From positions 416,001 to 480,000 of the forward strand of contig OY771587.1 of assembly GCA_963674825.1 (NCBI GenBank): a stretch of DNA of 64,000 nt, given 5' to 3'. Every line of letters starts with the position of its first letter. The stretch's first letter is position 1. Below are positions 9,841 to 21,080 of the stretch, in pieces. The stretch comes from Candidatus Cloacimonadales bacterium (GTDB lineage Bacteria; Cloacimonadota; Cloacimonadia; Cloacimonadales; JAIOQZ01). The notes beneath the pieces are model-generated. The model worked only from the letters and a program-made list of their open reading frames with translations, did no database searches and was not told the DNA's origin. A program made the position numbers and the translations under genes.

Positions 9841-10863
9841 TCAAACCTTCCTTCTCTTGGTTACTCTCTTCTTCCAACTATCGATTTCATTATTGATTTT
9901 ATCGATGTCCATTCCCAGCGAAAGTTCGTATTTCGCAAGAAGATTGGTGATCTCATCCAGTGACTTTTTACCGAAATTGCGATACTTGAGCATCTCGTTT
10001 TCGGACTTGGCAACCAGTTCGCCGATGGTCTCGATCTTTGCAGCTGCGAGGCAGTTGCTGGACCGTACCGTCAGTTCCAGTTCCTTCACGCTCATATTCA
10101 GGAGCTTGTCGAGGCGGTCGAGTTCTTCCGGCATCTCTACTTCTTCGATGTATTCGGGCTCTTCTTCGAAGAGTACAATCTTGTCGTAGAAATCTTTCAG
10201 AATCTTTCCCGCGAGGTACAGAGCGTCCTTGGGCGTGATGCTGCCATCAGTTGTCACTTCGATGGTCAGCTTGTCATAGTCGATCTTCTCACCAACCCGC
10301 TGATGTCCCGCGTGGTAATTCACTTTGAGAATCGGCGAATAAACCGAATCGATCGGGATGACACCAACGGGGCGATCTTCCATCTCGTGCTCATCAGCAG
10401 AGACGTAGCCGCGACCGGTTCCGATCCAAATTTCCATATGGAATTCGCCGTCTTCGGTCATTTCGAGAAGTTCCAGATCTTCATTGACGATCTTCACTTC
10501 AGGATTGTCGGCTCTTAATTCACCCGCGGTGATGACGCCTTTACCTTTATGATCAAGAACCATGCGCTCTTCGCCAACCGTATCGGTGTTGATGATCAGC
10601 TTCTTCAGGCGCAGGATCAGATCGATGTAATCGGTCTTGGTTCCCGGGATCGGTACAAACTCATGATGGAGACCTTCGATCTTCACGTAGCGAACGGCTG
10701 CTCCCTGAATCGAGGAGAGCAGGACACGGCGCAACGTGTTACCGATCGTGGTCGCAAAACCAGGTTCCATCGGCCCAATTTCGAATTTCCCATAAGTGTT
10801 CGTGTATGTCGATTCGTCGACCGTTACCTTTTCAGGCATTTGTATGGGTTCGAGAAGCATCAT
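9841..10863 (-). CDS. rpoA: RNA polymerase subunit alpha
   Basis: GNTLRRVLLSSIQG and alpha-CTD LELTVRSSNCL...RNFGKKSL. Confidence 0.98.
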   Translation of the reverse strand: MMLLEPIQMPEKVTVDESTYTNTYGKFEIGPMEPGFATTIGNTLRRVLLSSIQGAAVRYVKIEGLHHEFVPIPGTKTDYIDLILRLKKLIINTDTVGEERMVLDHKGKGVITAGELRADNPEVKIVNEDLELLEMTEDGEFHMEIWIGTGRGYVSADEHEMEDRPVGVIPIDSVYSPILKVNYHAGHQRVGEKIDYDKLTIEVTTDGSITPKDALYLAGKILKDFYDKIVLFEEEPEYIEEVEMPEELDRLDKLLNMSVKELELTVRSSNCLAAAKIETIGELVAKSENEMLKYRNFGKKSLDEITNLLAKYELSLGMDIDKINNEIDSWKKRVTKRRKV

Positions 10864-10878
10864 ATAAACTCTCCTGGT

Positions 10879-11490
10879 TTACTTGGAATAGAATTCCACG
10901 ATCAAACGTTCATCAACGTTCACCGGTATCAGTTCTCGGGAAGGGATATCCTTAAATTCGCCACGCATGTGCTCTTTGTCAACTTCGAGCCATTCGTATG
11001 CGTTCGAGGTGATCTCGATCGCTTCGAGGATCTGCGGGCACTTCTTGCTCTTGTCGCAAATCTCCACAACGTCGCCCGGCTTCAGCAGGAATGACGGGAT
11101 ATCGACCCGACGGTTGTTCACCATAACGTGTCCGTGGTTCACGAACTGGCGTGCCTGCGGACGGGTCACGGCGAATCCCATTCTGAAAACGGTGTTGTCA
11201 AGACGGCGCTCAAGGAGCTTCAGCAGGTTTTCACCGGTAATACCGGTCATCTGGTCTGCTTTCTTGAAGTATCTACGGAACTGTTTTTCCAGAACCCCAT
11301 ACATATAGCGCAGTTTTTGTTTTTCTTTCAGGTGAATACCGTAGTCGCTGAGTTTGCGACGGAAACCCTGTCCGTGCTGTCCGGGCGGGTATTTACGGCG
11401 TTCAAGAATCTTATCGTATTTCGGGCTTTCGTATATGTTTTCACCGAATTTTCTGCATATCTTAGCCTTCGGTCCGGTATATCTTGCCAT
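10879..11490 (-). CDS. rpsD: 30S ribosomal protein S4
   Basis: MARYTGP...PPGQHG...LERRLDN...IVEFYSK. Confidence 0.98.
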   Translation of the reverse strand: MARYTGPKAKICRKFGENIYESPKYDKILERRKYPPGQHGQGFRRKLSDYGIHLKEKQKLRYMYGVLEKQFRRYFKKADQMTGITGENLLKLLERRLDNTVFRMGFAVTRPQARQFVNHGHVMVNNRRVDIPSFLLKPGDVVEICDKSKKCPQILEAIEITSNAYEWLEVDKEHMRGEFKDIPSRELIPVNVDERLIVEFYSK

Positions 11491-11503
11491 TCATTCGCCT
11501 CCG

Positions 11504-11899
11504 TTAAATTCTTCTCTGTTTGGGCGGTCTGCAGCCGTTGTGCGGAATCGGTGTCGCGTCACGAATCATAGTGACATAGAGCCCGGCACTGTTGAGTGCG
11601 CGGATCGCGGATTCGCGTCCGCCACCGGGGCCTTTAACGATCACAGACACCTTGCTGATACCCATATCCATGACAGTCTTGGCGACTTCGGACGCAGCGA
11701 CCTGTGCCGCATACGGGGTACTCTTACGAGAGCCCTTGTTACCGATCTTGCCGCCGCTAGACCAAGCCAGGACGTTACCGCCGCGATCGGCGATGGTCAC
11801 GATAGTATTATTGAAGCTGGAATGAATATGAGCAACAGCTTCGTCGTACGCTACACGTGTTTTTTTCTTTTTAACTCGTTTAACAGCTTTCTTTGCCAT
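11504..11899 (-). CDS. rpsK: 30S ribosomal protein S11
   Basis: SFNNTIVT...RKSTPYAAQ...[11 protein letters not shown]. Confidence 0.98.
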   Translation of the reverse strand: MAKKAVKRVKKKKTRVAYDEAVAHIHSSFNNTIVTIADRGGNVLAWSSGGKIGNKGSRKSTPYAAQVAASEVAKTVMDMGISKVSVIVKGPGGGRESAIRALNSAGLYVTMIRDATPIPHNGCRPPKQRRI

Positions 11900-11910
11900 A
11901 TCCGTTCCCC

Positions 11911-12282
11911 TTATTTCTTCCTTCTACTGATACCGCCTGGCTTCGGACCTTTGCGTGTACGCGCATTGGTATGGGTGCGCTGTCCATGCACAGGAAGCCC
12001 TCTTTTGTGGCGTGATCCGCGGTAGGAACCGATTTCCATTAAACGTTTGATATCCATCGTAGTGCGCGTACGAAGTGTACCCTCGACGATATATTCGTTC
12101 GTTACGATGTCTCTGATCACTTTTTCTTCTTCAGCGGAAAGATCCTTTACGCGTTTGCTTTCGTCTATGTCAGCTTTTGCAAGGATCTTCTCAGCGGTCG
12201 TTCTTCCGATTCCGAAAATATAGGTCAAACCTATGACGATCCGCTTGTTCTTCGGTAGTTCAACACCAGCGATATGTGCCAA
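11911..12282 (-). CDS. rpsM: 30S ribosomal protein S13 (TTG start)
   Basis: IAGVELP...LTYIFGIG...[18 protein letters not shown]. Confidence 0.98.
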   Translation of the reverse strand: MAHIAGVELPKNKRIVIGLTYIFGIGRTTAEKILAKADIDESKRVKDLSAEEEKVIRDIVTNEYIVEGTLRTRTTMDIKRLMEIGSYRGSRHKRGLPVHGQRTHTNARTRKGPKPGGISRRKK

Positions 12283-12297
12283 CCGATTCCTCCTTAT

Positions 12298-12414
12298 TTA
12301 TCCTTGTCTTTGTTTATGTCTTGGATTACTCGGGCAGATAACCCGAATCACGCCTTTGCGTTTAATGATTCTGCAATCTCTGCAGATCGTTTTTACAGAT
12401 GCTCGAACCTTCAT
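12298..12414 (-). CDS. rpmJ: 50S ribosomal protein L36 (zinc-binding type), absent from the ORF track
   Basis: Manual translation gives [46 protein letters not shown]. Confidence 0.97.
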   Translation of the reverse strand: MKVRASVKTICRDCRIIKRKGVIRVICPSNPRHKQRQG

Positions 12415-12429
12415 GATATAAACTCCTGC

Positions 12430-12648
12430 TTATTTATAGCGGTAGATTATCCGACCCCGGGTCAGGTCGTAGGGTGACAGTTCAAGTTTCACCTTATCTC
12501 CCGGTAAGATTCGGATATAGTTCATTCTCATCTTACCCGAAGTGTGAGCAAGGATTTCATGCCCGTTCTCCAGCTCGACGCGGAACGTCGTATTGGGAAG
12601 CGCTTCCTTGACTACGCCTTCGACTTCGATAACACCCGCTTTTGCCAT
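12430..12648 (-). CDS. infA: Translation initiation factor IF-1
   Basis: [13 protein letters not shown]...[15 protein letters not shown]...[10 protein letters not shown]. Confidence 0.98.
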   Translation of the reverse strand: MAKAGVIEVEGVVKEALPNTTFRVELENGHEILAHTSGKMRMNYIRILPGDKVKLELSPYDLTRGRIIYRYK

Positions 12649-12650
12649 AT

Positions 12651-13433
12651 TTATATTTCCTGTTGTTGTATCATATCCGGTAATGTAAGTATTTCCGGTT
12701 CGTTATCCGTCACCAATATCGTATGTTCATAGTGTGCTGACAGGCTTCTGTCTGCCACGTATACATTCCAGCCATCATCCATTACCCGATGCGTGCCGAT
12801 ATTCACCATCGGTTCGATTGCGAATACCATGCCCTTTTGAATCCGGGCTCCGAATCCTTTTCTTCCGATGTTCATGATAGTTGGCTCTTCGTGTAGAGCC
12901 CTACCGATGCCGTGTCCGGTCAGCTTCTCAGCAGCGTAGTAACCGTTTTCACGGATATAACTGCCGATGGCATGCGAAATATCTCCGATGCGATTTCCCG
13001 GGCGTGCCTGAGCGATTCCCTTGTATAGGCATTCTCTCGTCACGCGCATCAGCCGCTTCGCATCATCTGATATCCCACCGACCGGGTAGGTTTTTGCGCC
13101 GTCTCCATAGTATCCGTCAATGAAGGTGCCGACATCCACACCGATGATGTCACCTTCTTTGAGGACTACCTTGTTGGAGGGTATTCCGTGAACGATCGCT
13201 TCGTTGACCGATGCACAGATCGTTCCCGGAAACGGCGGCAAACCTGGTACACTATATCCTTTGAACGCCGGCTTGGCACCGTTGTCGCGGATAATTTCTT
13301 CCGCGATATGATCCAGCTCGAGAGTCGTGACTCCTGGACGAATCCATTTGTCCATTTCTTCGAGTACAAGCGCTACGATGTGGTTGCTTACCCTCATCTT
13401 CTCGATTGCGCTGGCGTCCTTGATATATATCAT
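12651..13433 (-). CDS. map: Methionine aminopeptidase type I
   Basis: CASVNE..VHGIP, DVG...GD, GHGIG..LHEEP, IEPM and SAHYEHT. Confidence 0.97.
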   Translation of the reverse strand: MIYIKDASAIEKMRVSNHIVALVLEEMDKWIRPGVTTLELDHIAEEIIRDNGAKPAFKGYSVPGLPPFPGTICASVNEAIVHGIPSNKVVLKEGDIIGVDVGTFIDGYYGDGAKTYPVGGISDDAKRLMRVTRECLYKGIAQARPGNRIGDISHAIGSYIRENGYYAAEKLTGHGIGRALHEEPTIMNIGRKGFGARIQKGMVFAIEPMVNIGTHRVMDDGWNVYVADRSLSAHYEHTILVTDNEPEILTLPDMIQQQEI

Positions 13434-13481
13434 CGGTTTACCTTCTCACTATGTTCGAACAGTAAAGATCGATTCGGGGAT

Positions 13482-14795
13482 TTAGCCCCTGCGACCCCGC
13501 AGTTTACCTTTCTTCATGAAACCTTCGTAGTGTCGCATCACGAGGTGGGATTCGATCTGCTGAAGCGTATCAAGCGCCACACCCACGATAATGATGAGAC
13601 CCGTACCGCCGAAATAGAACGGCAGCTTGGTGAACTTGGTCATGAATTCAGGCAGCACGGCGATGGCTGCGAAAAAGATCGCGCCAGGCAGCGTGATGCG
13701 GGTAAGTACGCTGTTAATGTATTCTGCCGTCTTCTTGCCAGGCTTTCTTCCCGGAATGAATCCACCGTAGCGCTTCATGTTGTCGGCGATTTCGGTGGGG
13801 TTCATCACGATCGCGGTATAGAAATACGCGAAGAAGATGATCAGTGATACATACAGTACGGTATAAAGGAACTCACCAGGTGAGAGCCACCGGGCAAGTG
13901 TCATCATCGCGTCATTCTCGCGAAAGAACATAGCGATGGTCCGCGGGAACATGATGATTGACTGCGCGAAGATAATCGGAATAACACCGGCAGTGTTCAC
14001 GCGAAGCGGAATGTGAGTGCTCGAGCCACCATAAACTTTTCGGCCGACCACTCGCTTGGCGTATTGAACCGGAATCTTGCGCATCGCCTCAGTTACCAGG
14101 ATGACGGATGCGGTTACGAGTACCATGATCAGGAGGTTCAGGACAGCCATAAAGATGCTGAGCGAGCCGACCTTGACCAGTGAGAACATCTGGAAGAATC
14201 CCTGCGGGTAACGTGCGATAATACCGGCGAAGATGATCAACGAAATACCGTTTCCGATACCGTTCTCGGTGATTTGCTCACCAAGCCACATGATGAAAAT
14301 CGTACCAGTAATCAGGGTTACCACAGTAGTGAACATGAAGCCGATTCCCTGGTCTGCCACTGCGGGTACGCCAGCTGCACTTCTCATGCTCTTGAGCCAG
14401 ATGCTGATCGTAATCGCGTTGAACGCGCCGATGGCAACTGTAAGATACCGTGTATATTGGTTAAGTTTTTTCTGACCTTCAGCGCCTTCTTTTTTCAGCT
14501 TCTCAAGGAACGGCAGGATGCTGCCAAGAAGCTGGAAGACGATGGATGCTGTGATGTAGGGCATAATACCCAAAGCGAAGATGGATGCTCGACCAAAGTT
14601 ACCTCCGGCAAAGAGGTCCACCAATCCGAAGATGGTGTTTTTATTTGTAGAAAACGCTTCCTGTAAAATCTGAGGATTCACACCAGGTACCGGGATGAAA
14701 CTTCCCAGACGATAGATTACCAATATCAGCGTCGTGAACAGTATCTTCTTCTTCAGGTCCGGTATTTTAAAAACGTTTTTTATACTATCGAGCAA
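13482..14795 (-). CDS. secY: Preprotein translocase SecY
   Basis: SIFALGIMPYITASI, WLGEQIT..GIGNGISLII and FGGTGLII. Confidence 0.98.
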   Translation of the reverse strand: MLDSIKNVFKIPDLKKKILFTTLILVIYRLGSFIPVPGVNPQILQEAFSTNKNTIFGLVDLFAGGNFGRASIFALGIMPYITASIVFQLLGSILPFLEKLKKEGAEGQKKLNQYTRYLTVAIGAFNAITISIWLKSMRSAAGVPAVADQGIGFMFTTVVTLITGTIFIMWLGEQITENGIGNGISLIIFAGIIARYPQGFFQMFSLVKVGSLSIFMAVLNLLIMVLVTASVILVTEAMRKIPVQYAKRVVGRKVYGGSSTHIPLRVNTAGVIPIIFAQSIIMFPRTIAMFFRENDAMMTLARWLSPGEFLYTVLYVSLIIFFAYFYTAIVMNPTEIADNMKRYGGFIPGRKPGKKTAEYINSVLTRITLPGAIFFAAIAVLPEFMTKFTKLPFYFGGTGLIIIVGVALDTLQQIESHLVMRHYEGFMKKGKLRGRRG

Positions 14796-14796
14796 C

Positions 14797-15249
14797 TTAG
14801 ATTACCTCCGCCTTGCCACCATTCTTCTCGATCAATGTTTTCGCCGCTTCGGAAAATGCGTGGGCGCGAATCGTCATAGCCTTATCAAATTTGTCCTTAC
14901 CGTTCGCCAGAACTTTGACGGGACGGGGATTCGATTTGCTTGCTTTTTTGACGATGCCCAGCTCTTCCATCTTGGCAACATCGATTTGTTCTACATCGAC
15001 ATTAACTAACTGTTCAAGTTTGACTATACGGTAGTATACCTTGAAAATATTCTTGAATCCGCGTTTGGGCAGACGACGCTGGATAGGCATCTGACCGCCT
15101 TCAAACCAATCGGGAATATTTCCGCCGGAACGTGCTTTCTGACCTTTATGTCCACGTCCCGCGGTTCCACCGGTACCGCTACCCTGACCCTTACCGAGTC
15201 TCTTTTTATTCTTTTTGATCTTAGGACGTTTGAGTTCATGAAGCAACAT
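14797..15249 (-). CDS. rplO: 50S ribosomal protein L15
   Basis: GRGHKGQKARSG...FEGGQMP..RRLPKRGF. Confidence 0.98.
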   Translation of the reverse strand: MLLHELKRPKIKKNKKRLGKGQGSGTGGTAGRGHKGQKARSGGNIPDWFEGGQMPIQRRLPKRGFKNIFKVYYRIVKLEQLVNVDVEQIDVAKMEELGIVKKASKSNPRPVKVLANGKDKFDKAMTIRAHAFSEAAKTLIEKNGGKAEVI

Positions 15250-15250
15250 G

Positions 15251-15436
15251 TTATTCTCCTTCTACAGGTTCGACCTTTACGAGATGGGAAACCTTGCCCA
15301 CCATCCCGCGGATCACATCGTTATCTTCGTGGACACGCGATTTGGAGATGCGTCCGAGGCCAAGCGCCTTGAGTGTTCTCTTCATCGGTTCCTTCTGTCC
15401 GATCATGCTTCCGGTCTGCGTCACTTTAATCTTCAT
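15251..15436 (-). CDS. rpmD: 50S ribosomal protein L30
   Basis: IKVTQ..S.IG...TLKALGL...IRGMV.KV.HLV; position in the spc operon. Confidence 0.96.
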   Translation of the reverse strand: MKIKVTQTGSMIGQKEPMKRTLKALGLGRISKSRVHEDNDVIRGMVGKVSHLVKVEPVEGE

Positions 15437-15950
15437 GCTTCTCCTCCTGTCCGGTCAGCTCGGAAACTTTCTTTCCGCGCAGACGGGCAACATCCTGAAT
15501 GGTACGAAGGCTCTTAAGACCGCGAACCGTAGCTTTAACTACGTTCACCGGTGTGTTGGAACCCATCGATTTGGTCAAGATGTTTTCGATTCCAGCCGCT
15601 TCCATGATGGCGCGCATCGGGCCACCAGCGATTACGCCGGTACCGGGAGAGGCCGGTTTCATAAGGATCTTGCTCGCACTGAACTTAGCCAGAACCTCGT
15701 GAGGAATGGTACCGCGAACGATAGGCACGCGGAACATGCTCTTGCCAGCTTTCTCTTTCGCTTTGCGAATCGCGTCTACGATTTCGTTGGCCTTGCCGTA
15801 GCCTACACCCACGTTACCGTTACGATCGCCAACGACGACAGTCGCGCTGAAGCTGAAGTTTCTACCGCCCTTAACGACCTTCGCCACACGGTTGGTATCG
15901 ATGATCTTCTCGATCTCGTATTCCTGAGTCATTTGTTTTTTCTGAAACAA
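15426..15950 (-). CDS. rpsE: 30S ribosomal protein S5
   Basis: [15 protein letters not shown]...[12 protein letters not shown]; exact start uncertain. Confidence 0.97.
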   Translation of the reverse strand: MFQKKQMTQEYEIEKIIDTNRVAKVVKGGRNFSFSATVVVGDRNGNVGVGYGKANEIVDAIRKAKEKAGKSMFRVPIVRGTIPHEVLAKFSASKILMKPASPGTGVIAGGPMRAIMEAAGIENILTKSMGSNTPVNVVKATVRGLKSLRTIQDVARLRGKKVSELTGQEEKHED

Positions 15951-15960
15951 GATTCCTCCC

Positions 15961-16377
15961 TTAGAACTCTAAGCCAGCTTTGCGAGCGCCGTCAGCCAGC
16001 GCTTTCACTCGACCGTGGTATTTGTATCCGCCACGATCGAAAGCGATCTTGGTGATTCCAGCGGCGACGGCTTTTTCGCCGAGCTTCAAGCCAACCTGGT
16101 AACTCTGTTTCACTTTCCTGCCAAGACGCACTTTCTTCTTGTCGTCGGCAGCATCTTCTTTAATCTGTGCGAGCTCGTTCCGCAGATCTTTAGCCACAGA
16201 AGATACGGCAACCAGGGTCTTACCCTGTTCATCGTCGATGATCTGTGCGTAGATGTGATTCAAGCTGCGGAATACAGCCAGACGCGGACGTTCACAAGTG
16301 CCGGAAAGGTGCTTGCGGATCGCAACACGACGTCTTGCTCTCGCCTTGGCTTTCTTATATGTTGTACCTTTTTCCAT
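15961..16377 (-). CDS. rplR: 50S ribosomal protein L18
   Basis: [18 protein letters not shown]...[16 protein letters not shown]. Confidence 0.97.
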   Translation of the reverse strand: MEKGTTYKKAKARARRRVAIRKHLSGTCERPRLAVFRSLNHIYAQIIDDEQGKTLVAVSSVAKDLRNELAQIKEDAADDKKKVRLGRKVKQSYQVGLKLGEKAVAAGITKIAFDRGGYKYHGRVKALADGARKAGLEF

Positions 16378-16391
16378 CTCAATTGCTCCCG

Positions 16392-16967
16392 TTATTTAGC
16401 ACTGGATTTACCAGGCTTGATCTTGACGAATTCATCAGCGTAACGGATGCCCTTACCGGTATTGTAGTTGATCGGGGGACGGCATTTTCGGACTTCCGCG
16501 GCGAACTTGCCAACATCTTCCTTGCTGATTCCCTTGACCTTGATGATAGACTGAACAGCCAGACGGGAACCCTTGGAGCGGGGAACCGCTTCCGCTTCGA
16601 CCGTAAGGTGTTCAGGGATTTCGATAAGAATATCGTGCGAGTAGCCGACAGCCAGCTTGAGCCAGACATTGACGACCTCTGCGGAGTAGCCGGTTCCGAT
16701 CAGGTGCAGGACCTTCTCGAAGCCAACGCTTACGCCGGTGACCATGTTGCTCAGTAGAGCGCGGGTCAGGCCGTGACATGCTCTAAGCGGCACGGAATCG
16801 TCTTCGCGAGTCACGACAAGCTGATCGTCTTCGTAGTTGACATTGATACCGGGGAGAATCGCATACTGCAGTTCACCCAGCTTGCCTTTCACGGTGACCA
16901 GATTGTCGTCAAACTTTATGGTTACGTCTTTGGGGACCGAAATGGGGATCTTACCTACTCTTGACAT
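16392..16967 (-). CDS. rplF: 50S ribosomal protein L6
   Basis: Start reassigned to MSRVGKIPI after a GAGGAG RBS; GKGIRY..E. Confidence 0.97.
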   Translation of the reverse strand: MSRVGKIPISVPKDVTIKFDDNLVTVKGKLGELQYAILPGINVNYEDDQLVVTREDDSVPLRACHGLTRALLSNMVTGVSVGFEKVLHLIGTGYSAEVVNVWLKLAVGYSHDILIEIPEHLTVEAEAVPRSKGSRLAVQSIIKVKGISKEDVGKFAAEVRKCRPPINYNTGKGIRYADEFVKIKPGKSSAK

Positions 16968-16980
16968 CTCGTTCTCCTCA

Positions 16981-17394
16981 TTACCACACTTTACAGATAT
17001 ACTCGCCGCCGAGATTCTGCGCTCTGGCAACGCGGTCGGTGCAGACACCGCCGTTTGTCGAGATGATTGCGCAGCCAGTGTTGTTGAAGACCGAAGGAAC
17101 TTTTCCGGCTTTCAGGTACACACGGCGTCCGGGACGGCTAACGCGTTCGATTCCGCGCATGACCGAGTCACCGGTATTGGTATATCGCAGGTTGATAGAA
17201 ATTTGCTTACGGTTGATGTCTTTCTGGGGGTCCCGCTCGATGAGATCGTAGTTGTTTACGTAGTTCTCTTCTGCGAGAATTCGAATGATCGACTCAACCA
17301 CACTACTATGATTCACGCGAACAGTCATGTGTTTCGCGCCATATGCGTTACGAATCTTTGTCAATGCATCTGCAATCGGATCGGTTACGCTCAT
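16981..17394 (-). CDS. rpsH: 30S ribosomal protein S8
   Basis: TDPIADALTKIRNA...SRPGRRVY...GGEYIC. Confidence 0.98.
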   Translation of the reverse strand: MSVTDPIADALTKIRNAYGAKHMTVRVNHSSVVESIIRILAEENYVNNYDLIERDPQKDINRKQISINLRYTNTGDSVMRGIERVSRPGRRVYLKAGKVPSVFNNTGCAIISTNGGVCTDRVARAQNLGGEYICKVW

Positions 17395-17402
17395 TCTTCC
17401 TC

Positions 17403-17588
17403 CTACCAGCTCGACCGCTTAACTCCGGGGATCTGTCCCTCGGAGGCAAGTTTACGGAAGCACAGACGGCACATGCCGAAGCGACGGATATAAGCCCGGG
17501 ATCTTCCGCAGAGTTTGCAGCGATTGTACTTACGCACGCCGAACTTCGGGTCGCGCTCTTGCTTTACTCTAAGTGATTTCTTAGCCAT
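17403..17588 (-). CDS. rpsN: 30S ribosomal protein S14 type Z
   Basis: RCKLCGR...CRLCFR...IPGVKRSSW, 61 aa. Confidence 0.97.
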   Translation of the reverse strand: MAKKSLRVKQERDPKFGVRKYNRCKLCGRSRAYIRRFGMCRLCFRKLASEGQIPGVKRSSW

Positions 17589-17617
17589 TGAATTCCATCC
17601 TTCTATTTACAGATGAC

Positions 17618-18160
17618 TTATTTCTTACGGAAGGGCATTCCGAGAAGCTTCAGCAGCTGGAACCCTTCATCGTCGGTTTTGGCCGAAGATACGATGTTGA
17701 TATTCATACCGCGAACCTTGTCCACCTTATCGTAATCGATTTCGGGGAATACGGTCTGCTCTTTGATACCCATCGAGTAGTTACCGCGGCCGTCGAAGGA
17801 GTTCTTCGAGGTTCCGTGGAAGTCACGGATGCGCGGGATAACGATGGTGATCAACCTGTCCAGGAATTCGTACATGACTTCGCCGCGAAGCGTAACCATG
17901 CAACCAATGGGCATGCCCTGGCGCAGCTTGAAATTGGAGATCGATTTTGTCGCCTTGGTGATGACGGGCTTGCGTCCAGTAATAGCTGTCATATCTTTGA
18001 CTGCAAAGTCAAGAACAGCCTTGTTCTGAATCGCTTCGCCGACACCCATACTGACGATGACTTTCTCCAGCTTCGGCACCTGGTTTATATTCTTGTATTC
18101 AAAGTGTTTCATCAGGGCAGGAACGATTTCCTTCTGATACCTTTCTTTGACCCGGTTCAT
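17618..18160 (-). CDS. rplE: 50S ribosomal protein L5
   Basis: Start reassigned to MNRVKERY after an [18 protein letters not shown]...FDGRGNY. Confidence 0.97.
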   Translation of the reverse strand: MNRVKERYQKEIVPALMKHFEYKNINQVPKLEKVIVSMGVGEAIQNKAVLDFAVKDMTAITGRKPVITKATKSISNFKLRQGMPIGCMVTLRGEVMYEFLDRLITIVIPRIRDFHGTSKNSFDGRGNYSMGIKEQTVFPEIDYDKVDKVRGMNINIVSSAKTDDEGFQLLKLLGMPFRKK

Positions 18161-18170
18161 TCCTAACTCC

Positions 18171-18488
18171 TTAAATCTCGTCGCCGGTCTTCTGGCATAC
18201 GCGGATACGCTTGCCGTCTGTACCTTTGCGGAATACCGCACGGGTTACGCTACCGGTTTTTTCGTTGATCAGTTTGACGTTCGAAACGTGAATCGGGGCT
18301 TCCTTGGTGACAATTCCACCCTGGGGATTCTGCTGATTGGGCCGGATATGCTTCTTGATGAAATTCACTTTCTCCACCACGACGCGCTGGGTTTTAGGGA
18401 AAGCCTTCAGGACCTTGCCCTTCACGCCTTTATATTTTCCGGTAATCACGACAACCGTGTCCCCTTTCTTGATTCTCATCTTTTCCAT
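18171..18488 (-). CDS. rplX: 50S ribosomal protein L24
   Basis: [13 protein letters not shown]...EAPIHVSNV. Confidence 0.97.
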   Translation of the reverse strand: MEKMRIKKGDTVVVITGKYKGVKGKVLKAFPKTQRVVVEKVNFIKKHIRPNQQNPQGGIVTKEAPIHVSNVKLINEKTGSVTRAVFRKGTDGKRIRVCQKTGDEI

Positions 18489-18497
18489 TGTATTCTC

Positions 18498-18866
18498 CTA
18501 CAGCACTTCTGGAGCCAGCGAAATAATCTTGGTGAAGTGTTTTTCCCTGAGTTCACGGGCTACCGGACCGAAGATACGTGTGGCTTTGGGTTCGCCGCGG
18601 TCGTCGATGATCACAGCAGCGTTGTCCTGGAAACGGATATAGGATCCATCAGGGCGACGGACTTCTTTTGCAGTCCGTACGATCACTGCGTGCTCAACGG
18701 TCCCCTTCTTGACCTTGCCGGTCGGGGTCGCGGATTTAATCGCAACAATGATAATATCGCCCACCGTTGCATACTTACGGCGCGTTCCACCAAGGACTTT
18801 AATGCACATGCATTTCTTAGCCCCGGAGTTATCAGCGACGTTTAAAATTGTCTGGGCCTGTATCAT
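18498..18866 (-). CDS. rplN: 50S ribosomal protein L14
   Basis: MIQ...VADNSGAK...[12 protein letters not shown]...SLAPEVL. Confidence 0.98.
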   Translation of the reverse strand: MIQAQTILNVADNSGAKKCMCIKVLGGTRRKYATVGDIIIVAIKSATPTGKVKKGTVEHAVIVRTAKEVRRPDGSYIRFQDNAAVIIDDRGEPKATRIFGPVARELREKHFTKIISLAPEVL

Positions 18867-18877
18867 TTGTATGCTCC

Positions 18878-19132
18878 TTATTTACTTCTTTCGATAATCT
18901 TGGAAAGTTCCCAGCGCTTTTGCTTGCTCATGGGACGGCATTCCTGAATCTCGACCGTGTCGCCGATGCGGCAGTCGTTCGTTTCGTCATGCGCTTTGAA
19001 CTTTTTGTCCAGGCGGACGAATTTTTTATACAGCGGGTGCATGAACTGACGTTTCACCCGGACTACGATCGTTTTGTCCATCTTGTCGCTAACGACAACA
19101 CCGACTTTGGTAACCTTGCGTCCTGTTGCCAT
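18878..19132 (-). CDS. rpsQ: 30S ribosomal protein S17
   Basis: [14 protein letters not shown]...HPLY.K...RPMSK.KRW. Confidence 0.98.
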   Translation of the reverse strand: MATGRKVTKVGVVVSDKMDKTIVVRVKRQFMHPLYKKFVRLDKKFKAHDETNDCRIGDTVEIQECRPMSKQKRWELSKIIERSK

Positions 19133-19134
19133 TA

Positions 19135-19329
19135 TTACCTCTTTTCCGCTCTCTCGGTCTGCAGTGTTTTGATCCGAGCGATGTCCTTGCGAACGCTCTT
19201 CATACGAAGCGGGTTCTCCAGGCGATTCATCGCTTTCTGGAATCTAAGTTTGAAATACTCTTCCCGAAGGTCTTCGAGCTTCTGGTTCAATTCTTCGTTG
19301 CTGAAATCGCGAAGTTCTGCAATCTTCAT
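19135..19329 (-). CDS. rpmC: 50S ribosomal protein L29
   Basis: ELR...LRFQ...L.NP...RKDIARIKT. Confidence 0.96.
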   Translation of the reverse strand: MKIAELRDFSNEELNQKLEDLREEYFKLRFQKAMNRLENPLRMKSVRKDIARIKTLQTERAEKR

Positions 19330-19745
19330 ATCTCAACTCCTTCCCGGCACACGACTTTCGTCTTGATCGGGAGCTTGTGCATCGCAAGACGGAATGCGTC
19401 TTTTGCGATCTGGGTATCGACACCTTCGATCTCGAAGAGGACTCTTCCCGGTTTGACAACCGCTACCCAATATTCAGGAGCGCCCTTTCCTTTACCCATA
19501 CGGGTCTCGGCGGGTTTTTGTGTCACGGGCTTGTCCGGGAATATACGAATCCAGACTTTACCTTTACGTTGCATCTTACGGGTGATCGCCACACGAGCAG
19601 CCTCGATCTGACGGCTTGTGAGCCAGCCATCCTGCAGAGCAATGATTCCGTAATCGCCGAAATCTACATTGCTACCGCGCCATGCCAGACCTGTACGGCG
19701 GCCCCGCATTTTTTTTCTGTATTTTACTTTTTTCGGTGCTAACAT
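19326..19745 (-). CDS. rplP: 50S ribosomal protein L16
   Basis: RQIEAAR...WIRIFPDKP...RMGKGKG. Confidence 0.98.
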   Translation of the reverse strand: MLAPKKVKYRKKMRGRRTGLAWRGSNVDFGDYGIIALQDGWLTSRQIEAARVAITRKMQRKGKVWIRIFPDKPVTQKPAETRMGKGKGAPEYWVAVVKPGRVLFEIEGVDTQIAKDAFRLAMHKLPIKTKVVCREGVEI

Positions 19746-19773
19746 TCCCTAACTCCTTTATCCTGTAAGGTAA

Positions 19774-20424
19774 TTACCTTTCCAGGATCTCACCTTTATT
19801 GATCCACACCTTGATGCCGATCACGCCATAGGTTGTCTGGCATTCGGTTATAGCGTAGTCAATATCAGCCCGGAGGGTGTGAAGAGGTGTTCTGCCTTCC
19901 TGATACCGTTCGGTACGCGCCATATCTGCGCCGCCGAGACGACCGGAACACTGAATCTTGATTCCTTCAGCACCGTCGCGCTTGGCGTTACGGATTGCCA
20001 TCTTCATCGCGCGGCGGAACGAGACCCTCTCGCGAAGCTGACGGGCAACTTCCATGCCGACGAGTTTCGCATCCAGCCAGGGCTTTTTGATTTCGTGAAT
20101 GTTAATGAACACATTCAATTTCGCTTCTCTGTCCTTGTTCAAGAGAACAGTTAGCTCATTACGCAGCGCTTCGATCTCGGCGCCTTTCTTTCCGATCACC
20201 TGTCCGGGACGGGAAGTGTGGATATCCACGTTGATCGAGTTTGCTTTGCGCATCAGGCGAACCTTGGCAACCATGGCTCCGCGCAGACGCTGCTCAATAT
20301 ACTTCTTTACCTTAAGGTCTTCCATCAGATTATCGACATATTCTTCGCCTTTGGCAAACCATATGGAGTCGTAATCTTTATTTATACCGAGACGGTACAA
20401 TACCGGATTTATCTTCTGACCCAA
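19774..20424 (-). CDS. rpsC: 30S ribosomal protein S3
   Basis: GQKINP...RPG.VIGKKG...SGRLGGA...PLHTLRADIDY. Confidence 0.98.
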   Translation of the reverse strand: MGQKINPVLYRLGINKDYDSIWFAKGEEYVDNLMEDLKVKKYIEQRLRGAMVAKVRLMRKANSINVDIHTSRPGQVIGKKGAEIEALRNELTVLLNKDREAKLNVFINIHEIKKPWLDAKLVGMEVARQLRERVSFRRAMKMAIRNAKRDGAEGIKIQCSGRLGGADMARTERYQEGRTPLHTLRADIDYAITECQTTYGVIGIKVWINKGEILER

Positions 20425-20435
20425 GTTAATCCTCC

Positions 20436-20774
20436 CTATTCGTCATCGGAAATTCCGAGCGTGATGTGACAGGTTTTCCTGCGAATTATCGTTGCTCTGC
20501 CATGTGCACGCTCACGATAACGCTTCATGATCGGGCCTTCATCTGCGAATGCTTCGTGCACGCGCATGTTTTCGATTTCAGCCTTACCTTCTTTATTCTC
20601 GGCATTAGCGACAGCCGCATTCAGCAGCTTCTGGATATTTACAGACACTCGCTTTTCTGAAAAAGCCAAGATTGTCTGAGCTTCCGTTACACGCTTACCG
20701 CGAATCAGATCGAGAACCAGCCTTGCTTTTCGGGCTGAACCTCGTAAGTTTCGTACTCTTGCGAAAGCTTCCAT
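20436..20774 (-). CDS. rplV: 50S ribosomal protein L22
   Basis: SARKARLV.DLIRGK...RAHGRA..I...TCHI. Confidence 0.97.
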   Translation of the reverse strand: MEAFARVRNLRGSARKARLVLDLIRGKRVTEAQTILAFSEKRVSVNIQKLLNAAVANAENKEGKAEIENMRVHEAFADEGPIMKRYRERAHGRATIIRRKTCHITLGISDDE

Positions 20775-20795
20775 TCCATATACCCCTTGCTGCTA

Positions 20796-21068
20796 TTAGC
20801 CTTTTTTCTTCTTCTCTTTGTGCCCACGGTAGGTGCGTGTCGGCGAGAATTCGCCAAGCTTGTGTCCCACCATGTTTTCGGTTACGTAAACAGGCACAAA
20901 TTTCCGACCGTTGTGAACAGCGAAGGTGTGTCCGATAAACTCGGGGAGAATCACCGAGCGTCTCGACCAGGTCTTCACGACCTGCTTCTTCTCTTCTTCG
21001 TTCAGCTTTTCGACTTTGACCATCAGATGATCGTCAACAAACGGTCCTTTCTTGATCGAACGAGCCAT
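20796..21068 (-). CDS. rpsS: 30S ribosomal protein S19
   Basis: [10 protein letters not shown]...KTWSRRS...MVGHKLGEF. Confidence 0.98.
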   Translation of the reverse strand: MARSIKKGPFVDDHLMVKVEKLNEEEKKQVVKTWSRRSVILPEFIGHTFAVHNGRKFVPVYVTENMVGHKLGEFSPTRTYRGHKEKKKKG

Positions 21069-21080
21069 ATATCCGTACTC

